Positions 8,933 through 17,814 of a DNA stretch of 34,624 nt are shown here, one piece after another; the stretch's first letter is position 1; each line of letters begins with the position of its first letter. The stretch comes from Chthoniobacteraceae bacterium (lineage in GTDB: Bacteria; Verrucomicrobiota; Verrucomicrobiia; Chthoniobacterales; Chthoniobacteraceae), in assembly GCA_031409655.1 (NCBI GenBank), contig JANNXQ010000062.1, positions 1 through 34,624 of the forward strand, read 5' to 3'. The notes under the pieces are model-generated. The model was not told the origin of the DNA. It ran no database searches and was given only the letters and a program-made list of their open reading frames with translations. Position numbers and translations under genes: made by a program.

Positions 8933-9036
8933 TTGGATTTCGGATTTCAGATTTCAGATTTCAGATTTCAGATTGGAAGACAGCGAGCGCACGACGATCG
9001 ATTTCAATCTGAAATCTGACATCTGCGATCTGAAAT
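8931..9036. repeat. Heptamer tandem repeats (ATTTCAG)n facing an inverted, degenerate (CTGAAAT)n array
   Basis: ATTTCGG then ATTTCAG x4 at 8937-8971; CAATCTGAAATCTGACATCTGCGATCTGAAAT at about 9005-9036. Confidence 0.85.
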
Positions 9037-9735
9037 GTCCTTCAGCGTGACCGCCCCATCGTAGAGCGCCTTGCCGATGATGCAGCCGTAGAGGCCAGGC
9101 ATCTTCCCCAGCCGCCGGACATCGGCCGCGCTGCTCACCCCGCCGCTGGCGATGAGCTGACAGCGCAGCGCGCCGAGCATCGTTTCCATTTCGCCAAAGT
9201 TCGGCCCGGTGAGCATCCCGTCGGTGGCGATGTCCGTGTAGATGATCGTCCCCGCGCCCGCGTCCTCGGCCCGCCGCGCGAGATCCAGCGCGGAGAGCTT
9301 CGATTCCTCCGTCCAGCCTTTCACCGAGACCATCCCGTTCTTCGCGTCGATGCCCACCGCGATGCGTTCCCCGCCAAACTCCCGCGCCATCTCACGCACA
9401 AAGTCCAGCGACTCCGCCGCCCGCGTTCCGATGATCACCCGCGCCACCCCCGCCGCAAAGGCGCGCCGGATCGCTGCCTCACTGCGCATCCCGCCGCCGA
9501 GTTCGCACGGGATCTTGATCGCCGCCGTGATCGCCGCCACGGATTCCAGATTCCGCAATTCGCCGCTGAACGCCGCATCCAGATCCACGATGTGCAGGTA
9601 GTCGCCCCCTTCCGCCTCCCACCTCCGGGCAAAGGCCGCCGGATCACTGGAGTACACCGTCTTCTGATCAGCTTTTCCCTGGCGAAGTCGGACGACTTCG
9701 CCGGACATGAGGTCGATGGCGGGCAGGAGGATCAA
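9004..9735 (-). CDS. hisA: ProFAR isomerase HisA
   Basis: LPAIDL..G.VVRL.QG, LHIVDLDAA, LGGGMR, YTDIATDGMLTGPN, ASGGVS, GKALY. Likely TTG start at 9733-9735. Confidence 0.95.
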   Translation of the reverse strand: MILLPAIDLMSGEVVRLRQGKADQKTVYSSDPAAFARRWEAEGGDYLHIVDLDAAFSGELRNLESVAAITAAIKIPCELGGGMRSEAAIRRAFAAGVARVIIGTRAAESLDFVREMAREFGGERIAVGIDAKNGMVSVKGWTEESKLSALDLARRAEDAGAGTIIYTDIATDGMLTGPNFGEMETMLGALRCQLIASGGVSSAADVRRLGKMPGLYGCIIGKALYDGAVTLKDISDRRCQISD

Positions 9736-9929
9736 GGGTCGGAAAATGAGCGTGAGAAAGGAGAGCGATGGGCGCGTCCCGGAGCGCGCGCACTGTCCAC
9801 GAAACCCCCCGGCCGGCAAAACAAATATTCCACGGTGAGCGGTCCCGCGGGTTTGAGAATCCCTTTGCCTTTCGCCGGGGAAGTCGGTGACTGTTTCACA
9901 GGAAGGCCGACACTTTTACCGATCACGCC

Positions 9930-11726
9930 ATGGGTTTATTTTCTCCCGAACTGATGCTCTTCGACTGTAGGTCGGGGGAACATACTGCGGTGGACAAGAC
10001 GCCCTTTACCATCGGAAGCGGGGCGGAGTGCGATTGGCGGATCGACGATCCGGCGGTGTCGGCGGAGCACTGCGTGATCCAGCGGAAGGGGCGCGCGTTT
10101 TTTCTCCTGCCGGCGAATGGCACGGGCGAGCTGCTGCTCGATGGTGTGGAGAGTCCGGGCGGGGAGCTGGCGCCGGATGAAGATCACACGCTGATCATCG
10201 GCGGACATCTCCTGGCGCTGCGCGGGCCGAGTCATTTGAAGAAGTGGGTGGAGGGGATCAATCACCAGGAGTGGTTCATCTACGACAAGACGGAGCAGAA
10301 GAAGTATGGGCCGCTCGACTTTGCGGATCTCGCGGGGGCGCTGGAGGCGCGGCCTTCGGGCGCGAGTGAAGCGGTGGTGCTCTGTCGCGGTCTGACGACG
10401 ATGGGATTTTTCGCCGAACATCTGCTGCCGTGGCTTCCGCGTCCGGTGGGGGCGGCGGAGCGCCCGGAGGCCGCGGAGTTGCCGCCCGTGCCCAATCATT
10501 CGCCGGTGCCGGAGATCGATACGGAATACGGGGAGTTCACGTGCCCGGTCTGCTGGCTGCGGTTTGATCGCGGAGATGCGATGAACATCGCGGTGCATGC
10601 TTCGCTGCGGGGCGATCCGCTGCTCGGGGAGCAGCACATGCAGCGTTTTCACGCGATCCGCTTCAATGACCGCGGTCAGGCCGTGGATGCCCTGAATGTG
10701 CCCGCGCCGGACCTCGCCTGTCCGCATTGCCGGCGCAAACTGCCGCAGGGTTTCCTGGATCTGCCGCATCACATTTTCTCGATCGTCGGTGCGCCGTCGT
10801 CGGGGAAATCCTACTTCCTGAGTGTGCTCGTGAAGATGCTCCAAGGGACGCTCTTTCAAAACTTCGGGATCACCTTCCGCGACGCGGACCCTTCGGCGAA
10901 TGTGATCCTGAATCAGATGAAGACGCAGCTCTTCTCGGCGGCAACGCCGGAGGAGGCTTTCCTGGCCAAGACGGAACTCGAAGGCGCGATGTATGAAACG
11001 CTACCGCGACTCGGGCGGAAGGTGCCGCTGCCGAAGCCGTTCATCTTCAATCTCTCGAACCCGCGCGACTCGGCGCAGGATTTCTCGGTGGTCTTTTACG
11101 ATAACGCGGGTGAGCACTTTGAGCCGACGCGAGACAGTGCGGACTCGCCCGGCGCGCAGCACATCGCGGCCGCGGCGGGGATTTTCTTTCTCTTCGATCC
11201 GCTGCACAGCGCGGAATTCCGGACGCTGCTCGCGGGGATCAAGGATCCCCAGATCGAAGCGCGGCGGATGGATCAGCAGGATGTGATTTTGGCGGAGACG
11301 GAAGTGCGGATCAAAAGTCTGCTGGGCCTCGATGCGCGGCAGAAGATCGCGACCCCGCTGGCGGTGATCGTGGGGAAGAGCGACACTTGGCTGGAGCGCA
11401 TCACGGATGAGGAAATCCTCGATCCGGTGCGCGCTGGCGTGCTGGACCTCTCGATCGTGCGGCGAAACTCGTCGCTGGTGCGGCAGGTGATGCTGGCGGT
11501 CTGCCCGGCGATCGTGGCGAATGCCGAGGCGATCTCCTCGGAGATCATGTACTTCGCGGCAAGCCCGCTGGGGTGTTCGCCGGTGGAATTTACCGATGCG
11601 CGCGGGGTGAAACTGATCGGCCCCGATCCGCAGAAACTCGCGCCGCGGCATGTGGAGGTGCCGACGCTCTGGGTGCTCTCAAAGGTCGCACCGGCAATGG
11701 TGCCATCCGTGGAGGGGACCACGTGA
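9930..11726 (+). CDS. FHA + GYF-like + Zn-finger + TRAFAC-class GTPase (double-GTPase 2-like)
   Basis: FHA-like TIGS..CD..IDD..VSAEH...NGT; GYF_2-like WFIY......YGP; CPVC and CPHC; G1 GAPSSGKS, G3 DNAGE, G4 GKSD, G5-like ASPLG. Confidence 0.85.
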   Translation: MGLFSPELMLFDCRSGEHTAVDKTPFTIGSGAECDWRIDDPAVSAEHCVIQRKGRAFFLLPANGTGELLLDGVESPGGELAPDEDHTLIIGGHLLALRGPSHLKKWVEGINHQEWFIYDKTEQKKYGPLDFADLAGALEARPSGASEAVVLCRGLTTMGFFAEHLLPWLPRPVGAAERPEAAELPPVPNHSPVPEIDTEYGEFTCPVCWLRFDRGDAMNIAVHASLRGDPLLGEQHMQRFHAIRFNDRGQAVDALNVPAPDLACPHCRRKLPQGFLDLPHHIFSIVGAPSSGKSYFLSVLVKMLQGTLFQNFGITFRDADPSANVILNQMKTQLFSAATPEEAFLAKTELEGAMYETLPRLGRKVPLPKPFIFNLSNPRDSAQDFSVVFYDNAGEHFEPTRDSADSPGAQHIAAAAGIFFLFDPLHSAEFRTLLAGIKDPQIEARRMDQQDVILAETEVRIKSLLGLDARQKIATPLAVIVGKSDTWLERITDEEILDPVRAGVLDLSIVRRNSSLVRQVMLAVCPAIVANAEAISSEIMYFAASPLGCSPVEFTDARGVKLIGPDPQKLAPRHVEVPTLWVLSKVAPAMVPSVEGTT

Positions 11727-11735
11727 TGAAGACCC

Positions 11736-11862
11736 CGGATGCCTCAGAAGGTGCGACCACAGATGACGCAGATAGCACAGATGGGGAGTGCGGACGGCGT
11801 GGCTTCCTCCCGCTTCATCTTTGTTATCTGTGTTATCTGTGGTCCACCCCTCTGCGGTATCC
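11736..11862. repeat. Long imperfect inverted repeat built on 9-mer units (CACAGATRR)
   Basis: GACCACAGATGACGCAGATAGCACAGATG (11755-11783) pairs with CATCTTTGTTATCTGTGTTATCTGTGGTC (11816-11844). Outer arms GGATGCCTCAGAAGGTG / CACCCCTCTGCGGTATCC extend the stem. Confidence 0.8.
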
Positions 11863-11887
11863 GAGAGGGCCTATCTAAGTAGGAGCG

Positions 11888-14782
11888 ATGGCTTGGCAAT
11901 TGATCTACACCAGCGCGCCGCGTGCGCTCGAAGCCGGGCGCTCGGGCTTCGGCACGGTGGCGCGGCATCGGGAGATCAGTCCGCTGCTCGTCACGGCGAT
12001 CGAACGGACGAGCCAGTTCTCGCGGTTGCCGGGGTTGGATAATGCGCGCGTCATTTTCAGTCACCGCATCGTGACGGTCGCCGGAGGGCGCTTTCATGTG
12101 CTCGGCGCGATCCGCGATGCCGGGGCGGACTATACGGGACGGACCAATCACCTCGCGCATCACCTCATCGTCGAGGCGCGGGAGATCGCGCGGCTCGGGC
12201 CGGATGGTCCCTCGCCCGCCGAGGTGCTGCTGGCGATGCCGTGGACGGAATCGTGGAGCGAGGCCCCGCGCTATCTGGACGCGGCGGAGGAGGTGGATCT
12301 CGCGGCGGTGCATCCGCCGCGCAGCAGTGCCTGGGCGGCGCTCACGGGAGACGCGGCGCACGCTTCGCTCCTGGCGAGTGGAGAGGCGAGCCGGGGCGCT
12401 TACGTCATCGCGCCAGCGGCCACGGATCTGCGCCAGATCTTCGCCGAGTCCCTGCGCCTCGCGCCGGACCGGCTCTGGCAGATCACTTTCACCACTTCAC
12501 TCCAGCCTAGCGATGAGCCCGCTGATTTCCGCTGGATCGGGATCGAGGCAAATTCGCCGATCGTCTCGCAGGCCGCGACCAGTGGCCGGCCAGTGCTCGA
12601 TTTCTCCACGCGGGCCAGCGTCCTCGCCGCCATCGCCGCACCCGCGGCCGAGCGGGCGACCGCGAGTGCGCCGACCCCTGCGCAGATCCCCGCCAGCCTT
12701 CCCACGGCCCCCGCTCCGGCCGCGCGCAGTGCGCCGGCGCCGGCCCCGCGCCGGGCAGAGGTCGCATCGGCACCCGATCCCTTTGCCGGGTTCACGCCGA
12801 CACGCGTTTTCCCGTGGAAGAGGGTCGCGATCGCGGTCTCGGTCGGAGTGCTGCTCCTGGTGGTCGCGGCGGTCACGGTCCCGCGGCAACTCGCCGGGCG
12901 AGATCGGGAGCGCGCCCGTGCGGCGCTGCTGGCGCCGGTGAAGAGTGCGTTTTTCGAAAGTGCGGAGATCCCGCGCGAACTTGAGGCCGCGATCAAGCAA
13001 CCCGGCGTGAACCTCGCCAAGGCGGGACCGCTGGCGCAGTTCGTCGCTTCGCTCGGGGGCGCGCTGCGGCGTCCGGATTTTCCCGCGCTGAGCCGGGAGC
13101 CGCAGCAGGCGAGACTGCACGATCTCGCCATCGCCGCCGGGATGAACAATCACCCGCCGGAGATGGGGCGGATGGCGGATGCGCTCGATCAAGCCGCTGC
13201 CCTCGCTGGCCAAATCACGACCGCAGCCAGCGCCAACAATTTTCCGGAACTCCACCAACTGCGGGCGAAGATTTCGGGAATCGGTGGAGCGGAGTTTAAG
13301 ACCGTGCGGCAGGCGCTCGAGCGGATTGCGAATACCGCCGGAGCGCAGGCCCTCGCATTGCAGCTCAAGGGCTCGGCGCATCCGGGGAATCGCGCGCTGC
13401 TTCAGGAAGCGGCGGCCGATCTACGACCGGAGGACTCCGATGCGGAGACGCAGAAGATCGTCGGCGAACTCCGGGCGTTGCTGGCGGACTGGGAGTTTGT
13501 GGAGGCGCAGAGCGGGCCCGCGGATATCGCCCCGAGGTTTGAAGTGCGCGGCGAAAAGTGGCCCGAGTGGCTGCGGGCCGTGGCGCAGCGGAAAATTTCG
13601 CCGGCGCGGGAAAAGACGGCGGATCGTCCCGCCGGTCCGGCCTCCGCCAGCACCGCGACGTTTTACTTTTTCGACAGCAAAGAGAAGTTGCCGACCGTCG
13701 AGATCGCCGAACTGATCCCGGAGCTGGATTTTGAAACGCGGACGCCGGCCGGCGAAGTCACGCGGCTCGGCTTCAAATACGAGCACACCGTGCGCAAGGA
13801 TCTGCGGTCCGGCAAAGACGGCTTCCAGGTGCAGAAGGGTCGGCTGACCGCGGAAGCGGGAGTGTCAGGCACGCCGTTCATTTTCGCCGGACGCGATCCG
13901 AAGGACGGCCCGCGCGAGGTGGTCGCGGTGCATGTCGGCCTTTTGCCGGGACGAGAAGCGTGGCTCGGAAATGCGGCACTCCAGCTCGAACGCCGCGGGC
14001 CGGTGCTGCGTGTCAAGGGATCGCTGCCGCGCATCGCGCCCGTGCTCGAGCCGAGCCTCACGTTGCTGGTGCCAGGTGACTTTGCGGGCAGCGGAATGCC
14101 CCGCCAACTGCCGATGAACACGGCCGGTGAGTGCGATCTGGAGGCGGCGATCGCGGACCTGACCAAGCGCATCCTGGACAAGCGGGGCGCGGCGAATCAG
14201 CTCGCTCAACAAGCGAGTGAAAAGCGCGGCGACGCCCGATCGTTTGATGCCTTGCGGCTGCGGACCTTGGAGTACGCAAAAATCCTGAAGGTCGATCGGC
14301 GAACGAAGAGCTTTGCGACGAAGGGGAAGTCGGGGCCGGAGTTGGTGGGTGAATTTACCCGCATCCTGGCGGAGCAGTGGGGCGCGGGACCGAACGGTGG
14401 TTTCGGCGCACTGGCGGAGACGGGGCGCCTGCTCGCGACCACGGGCGAGGATCTCCCGCAGGCGCGGATCGTGAATCGGCAGCTCCTCGAAGAAGTGCAG
14501 GGGCTCGAGCAGAAGTTCCGCGCGCCCGACAAGGCGGATGGACTGAGCAAGGTGCGGAGCTTGAGCAAGAGCCTCGACGCGTCCTTCGGCGACGCGACGA
14601 TGATGGACGCGGAAAGCGAACGGCTGAATACCGCGGCGGAGGCGGCGGAACGCGAAGCCATGGTGCTGGAGAAACTGCCGCTTTTCCGCGGGACGATTCC
14701 GCCCGGCGAATACGCGGTGCTCGTGAAAGTGAAAGGGACGGCGGCCCCGGTGCGGCTCTACAACATCCTCGTGAAAGAATGA
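11888..14782 (+). CDS. GAP1-N2-like (GTPase-associated protein 1) N-terminal domain, Pro/Ala linker, single TM and large C-terminal region
   Basis: N-terminus QLIYTSAPRALEAGRSGFGTVA...DYTGRTNHLAHH, W.ITFTT; TM at about 12824-12880; AGGAG RBS at 11881-11885. Confidence 0.8.
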   Translation: MAWQLIYTSAPRALEAGRSGFGTVARHREISPLLVTAIERTSQFSRLPGLDNARVIFSHRIVTVAGGRFHVLGAIRDAGADYTGRTNHLAHHLIVEAREIARLGPDGPSPAEVLLAMPWTESWSEAPRYLDAAEEVDLAAVHPPRSSAWAALTGDAAHASLLASGEASRGAYVIAPAATDLRQIFAESLRLAPDRLWQITFTTSLQPSDEPADFRWIGIEANSPIVSQAATSGRPVLDFSTRASVLAAIAAPAAERATASAPTPAQIPASLPTAPAPAARSAPAPAPRRAEVASAPDPFAGFTPTRVFPWKRVAIAVSVGVLLLVVAAVTVPRQLAGRDRERARAALLAPVKSAFFESAEIPRELEAAIKQPGVNLAKAGPLAQFVASLGGALRRPDFPALSREPQQARLHDLAIAAGMNNHPPEMGRMADALDQAAALAGQITTAASANNFPELHQLRAKISGIGGAEFKTVRQALERIANTAGAQALALQLKGSAHPGNRALLQEAAADLRPEDSDAETQKIVGELRALLADWEFVEAQSGPADIAPRFEVRGEKWPEWLRAVAQRKISPAREKTADRPAGPASASTATFYFFDSKEKLPTVEIAELIPELDFETRTPAGEVTRLGFKYEHTVRKDLRSGKDGFQVQKGRLTAEAGVSGTPFIFAGRDPKDGPREVVAVHVGLLPGREAWLGNAALQLERRGPVLRVKGSLPRIAPVLEPSLTLLVPGDFAGSGMPRQLPMNTAGECDLEAAIADLTKRILDKRGAANQLAQQASEKRGDARSFDALRLRTLEYAKILKVDRRTKSFATKGKSGPELVGEFTRILAEQWGAGPNGGFGALAETGRLLATTGEDLPQARIVNRQLLEEVQGLEQKFRAPDKADGLSKVRSLSKSLDASFGDATMMDAESERLNTAAEAAEREAMVLEKLPLFRGTIPPGEYAVLVKVKGTAAPVRLYNILVKE

Positions 14783-17700
14783 GCACGCCCGCCGCCAAAC
14801 TCGTCCTGCGCATCCGCGACGCCCTCGCCGTCGAGGGGCGGATGGCGCCGGTGGAAAGTCTCGCCGCGGACTACGCGAAGCTCTGTCACGAAGCTGGCCA
14901 GCGGTTGGATTCGTGCGCCGCGATGATCGAAAAGGGGAGCGACTACCAGGCGCTGCAACTCGCCGAGAACGAGCCCGCATTGCTCGATCTCCTGGCGACG
15001 CTCAGCTTCGCCGAGGCGCGGGAGTGGGCGGCCTTTTGTCTCCGGGACGGCCTCGCGACGGCGCTGCGTTTTGACCCGAAGGCAGTGCAACTGCTCGATG
15101 CTCTCTACGCGCAGGGGATCAGCCCGAATCATCCACTGTACAAGGATTGCCGGGCGGCGATCACGGCGCATGATGACGCGCGCGCCATCCAGGCGATCCG
15201 CTCCATCGCCCGGCTGAATCCGCATGACGAAAACGCGCGCGCAGAACTCGCGCGCTTCGAAAACAAACTCTACCAGGCCGGCGTAAAGGAACTGCGCGCG
15301 GCGCTGCACGGGTCCGACGAAGCGAAGGTGCGCTCGGTGCTGACGGAACTCGAACGACTCGCGACCCCGGCCAGGCTGCGCGAGTCGCCCGACTACGCCG
15401 CGGCCCTGCCGATTCGCCGCGAAGCGGAAAAGCGCGAGGCCCTGGAGCTCGCGGCGCGGCTCGTGGATTCACTCGGCGAAGAACGCGAGGCCGGCGCCTG
15501 GCGGATGATCGGCGACCTGCTCGCGCGCATCGCCTCCCTCCAGGCGGAGCACGGATTTGATCTTTCTCCGGACCACGCGGCGGTGGTGGCGGAGACGCAG
15601 GCCGCGTTTGCCGCCGAGCGGCGGGCCGTGGATGAAGCGACGCGATTCTCCGCCGGCCTCGCCGCCATCGGCACGGCCTGCGAGCGCGTCGAGACCCGGC
15701 TGCTCACGCCCAGCACGCTCACTCTCGCCGAGACGCGGAATCTTTACGCGGACTTGAATGGGCGCTGGAAAGAGCTGGAGTATTTTCAAAAGCCAGTACC
15801 GGAGGAACTCGGACTACGCGTGGAGGCAAAGATCGCGGACTTGCGGGCGGAGGTGGATCGCTTGCAGCGCCAGCAGCGGGTGAAAGTGATCGCGTCATGT
15901 TTGGCCGTGCTCGCGGCGTCGGCTAGCGCGGCATGGTTTGCCATCGGCGCGGTGCGGATGCAGGAAAATGCGAGTCGGCTCGCGGAGATGCGCAATGGCG
16001 GGCAGGTCGAAGCGGCGGAGAAATTGATCGCGCAACTGCGCGCGGACGGCAGCGGGCTCACTGGCCAGAGCCGTCTTGCGGCGCGCGTGGCAGAGGTGGA
16101 CCGGTGGACCCGTGATGAACGGGTGATGCTCGGACGGGCGGAAGCGAAAATGACGGAACTCGAAGCTGCCGCCGCCACGGGTTTCACCGGCACTGATCCC
16201 ATGAGCCTGCACAACTCCGCCGAGGAAGCTGGCGAACTCGTGCAATCGCTCGCCCAAGGCCTGCGCACGACGCCTGCCGCGCGCCTGACCGCGGTGCGCA
16301 ACCGCGTGGACGAGCGCTTTGCCGTCTTGCAGGAAAACCTCGTCGCGGACGCCGAGCGGAGCTTGACGGCGATCGAGACGCTGTCCGCGGCGAAGCTCGG
16401 CTACGACCAGCCGCGGGAGACGATTGCCGAAGCGCTCACGGAGATCGATCCGCCGATGCACATTCTCGAAACGCGCGTCCAGACCTCGGTCCCCGCGCTC
16501 GCGCTTCCGGCGGCGCAGGTCGCGCGACTCGAGGTGGTGCGGAAGCGCTGCCAGCTTTTCCGGGAGGAGCTCGAAGGTCTGCAAAAGGTCAGCGAAGGGC
16601 TGGTGCTGGCGACTTCGCTGGACGCATACCGCCAGGCGCTCAATGGCTACAAGACTTCGCGCTTGAGCCAGGTGCGGGAGGTCAATGAAGCACGCAAATT
16701 GCTCGCCGGTTTTCCGACGGTCGATGCCCTGCTCGCAAGTCTGCTCGTGGCCGGCGACGCTGTCGCGTGGCCCGCGCTGCGGGATGATGCGGCGGGGGGG
16801 CGCTTCGTTCCGGAGAATGTTCAGCCAGCAGAGATGGCGAAACTTTTCGCCCTGCGCGACGACCCAAATCTCAATGACGTCCTGGAGGCAACCGTGATCG
16901 ATTACCGGCGCGGAAAGGAAAAGCGCGACGTCTATGTGCGCGGCGAAGTGCAGAAATCCGGACCCAGTGAATCGAGCGCCGGACTGACCACGCAGTGGAC
17001 CGCGGCCATCTATGAGCCGACGAGCAAATCCGAAGTGGTGTCCTTTGTGCCGATGACCTTCGTTTCCACGTGCTCAAGCTTCGGCACGGGAGGCTCCGGG
17101 GAAATCACGGAGACGCGGCGGAGTGCGGTCTCGGAACTCCTCAGCCGACTCGAACTGCCGCGCGTGACCGACGCCACGGGCGAAAAGTATGAGCGTTCCG
17201 TGCTCCGGCTCTTCGACGAAGTGGTGCGGGAGAAATCCGCGAACGTCGTGGCGAAGGCGTTCGTGCTCCAGCAACTCGCGGGCTTGCTGAATCTGCGGCC
17301 AGAGCACTGGGGCCTCGCCCACTGCGCCAGCCTCGGCAAGGATCTCGCAGAACTCCAGCGACTCTGCGGCGGCGCGACGCTGCGCGGTGATGATTGGCTG
17401 TCCGAACGGCGCCGCGCGCAACTCGCGCCGAAGCTCGCGCCTTTCTTCACCAGCCTGCAAAACCGCTCGTACCTCGCGGAAGCGCGCTTGCATCGGGAGA
17501 TCGTGCGCGCCGTGCTCCAGGCTGGCCTGCAATACGGCGGATACATCGATGGCAACAGCCAGATGCATCTGCTCGGTGAAGCGCGCCGCGCCAAATCGCT
17601 GTGGACCTTTCCCGCGGAAGGCGCCGGTCTGATTCGCCTGGTCCTCGCTCCCGATGGCGGGGCGATGACCCCCGCAGCGTCCGCGCCGCTTTCCCCGATC

Positions 17701-17814
17701 CTCTTTGTACCGCTCGATCCAGAGGCCCTCATCGCCGATGCGACCCGTCGCATCGCGGACGATCTCGCGGCGAAACCGAAACGCCCGGCGATTCCATGGT
17801 TGGAGGCCCAGTGA
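14779..17814 (+). CDS. 1011-aa helical/coiled-coil bitopic membrane protein of the GTPase operon
   Basis: ATGA overlap with the upstream gene; N-terminal Y...C.EA..RL..C......G...AL.LA..EP.LLD block; TM at about 15880-15954. Confidence 0.75.
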   Translation: MSTPAAKLVLRIRDALAVEGRMAPVESLAADYAKLCHEAGQRLDSCAAMIEKGSDYQALQLAENEPALLDLLATLSFAEAREWAAFCLRDGLATALRFDPKAVQLLDALYAQGISPNHPLYKDCRAAITAHDDARAIQAIRSIARLNPHDENARAELARFENKLYQAGVKELRAALHGSDEAKVRSVLTELERLATPARLRESPDYAAALPIRREAEKREALELAARLVDSLGEEREAGAWRMIGDLLARIASLQAEHGFDLSPDHAAVVAETQAAFAAERRAVDEATRFSAGLAAIGTACERVETRLLTPSTLTLAETRNLYADLNGRWKELEYFQKPVPEELGLRVEAKIADLRAEVDRLQRQQRVKVIASCLAVLAASASAAWFAIGAVRMQENASRLAEMRNGGQVEAAEKLIAQLRADGSGLTGQSRLAARVAEVDRWTRDERVMLGRAEAKMTELEAAAATGFTGTDPMSLHNSAEEAGELVQSLAQGLRTTPAARLTAVRNRVDERFAVLQENLVADAERSLTAIETLSAAKLGYDQPRETIAEALTEIDPPMHILETRVQTSVPALALPAAQVARLEVVRKRCQLFREELEGLQKVSEGLVLATSLDAYRQALNGYKTSRLSQVREVNEARKLLAGFPTVDALLASLLVAGDAVAWPALRDDAAGGRFVPENVQPAEMAKLFALRDDPNLNDVLEATVIDYRRGKEKRDVYVRGEVQKSGPSESSAGLTTQWTAAIYEPTSKSEVVSFVPMTFVSTCSSFGTGGSGEITETRRSAVSELLSRLELPRVTDATGEKYERSVLRLFDEVVREKSANVVAKAFVLQQLAGLLNLRPEHWGLAHCASLGKDLAELQRLCGGATLRGDDWLSERRRAQLAPKLAPFFTSLQNRSYLAEARLHREIVRAVLQAGLQYGGYIDGNSQMHLLGEARRAKSLWTFPAEGAGLIRLVLAPDGGAMTPAASAPLSPILFVPLDPEALIADATRRIADDLAAKPKRPAIPWLEAQ

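Noticed and set aside
14377..14778. Longer start for the 1145-aa ORF
   Set aside because: Overlaps the upstream gene and has off-frame composition; the ATGA-coupled start at 14779 is preferred
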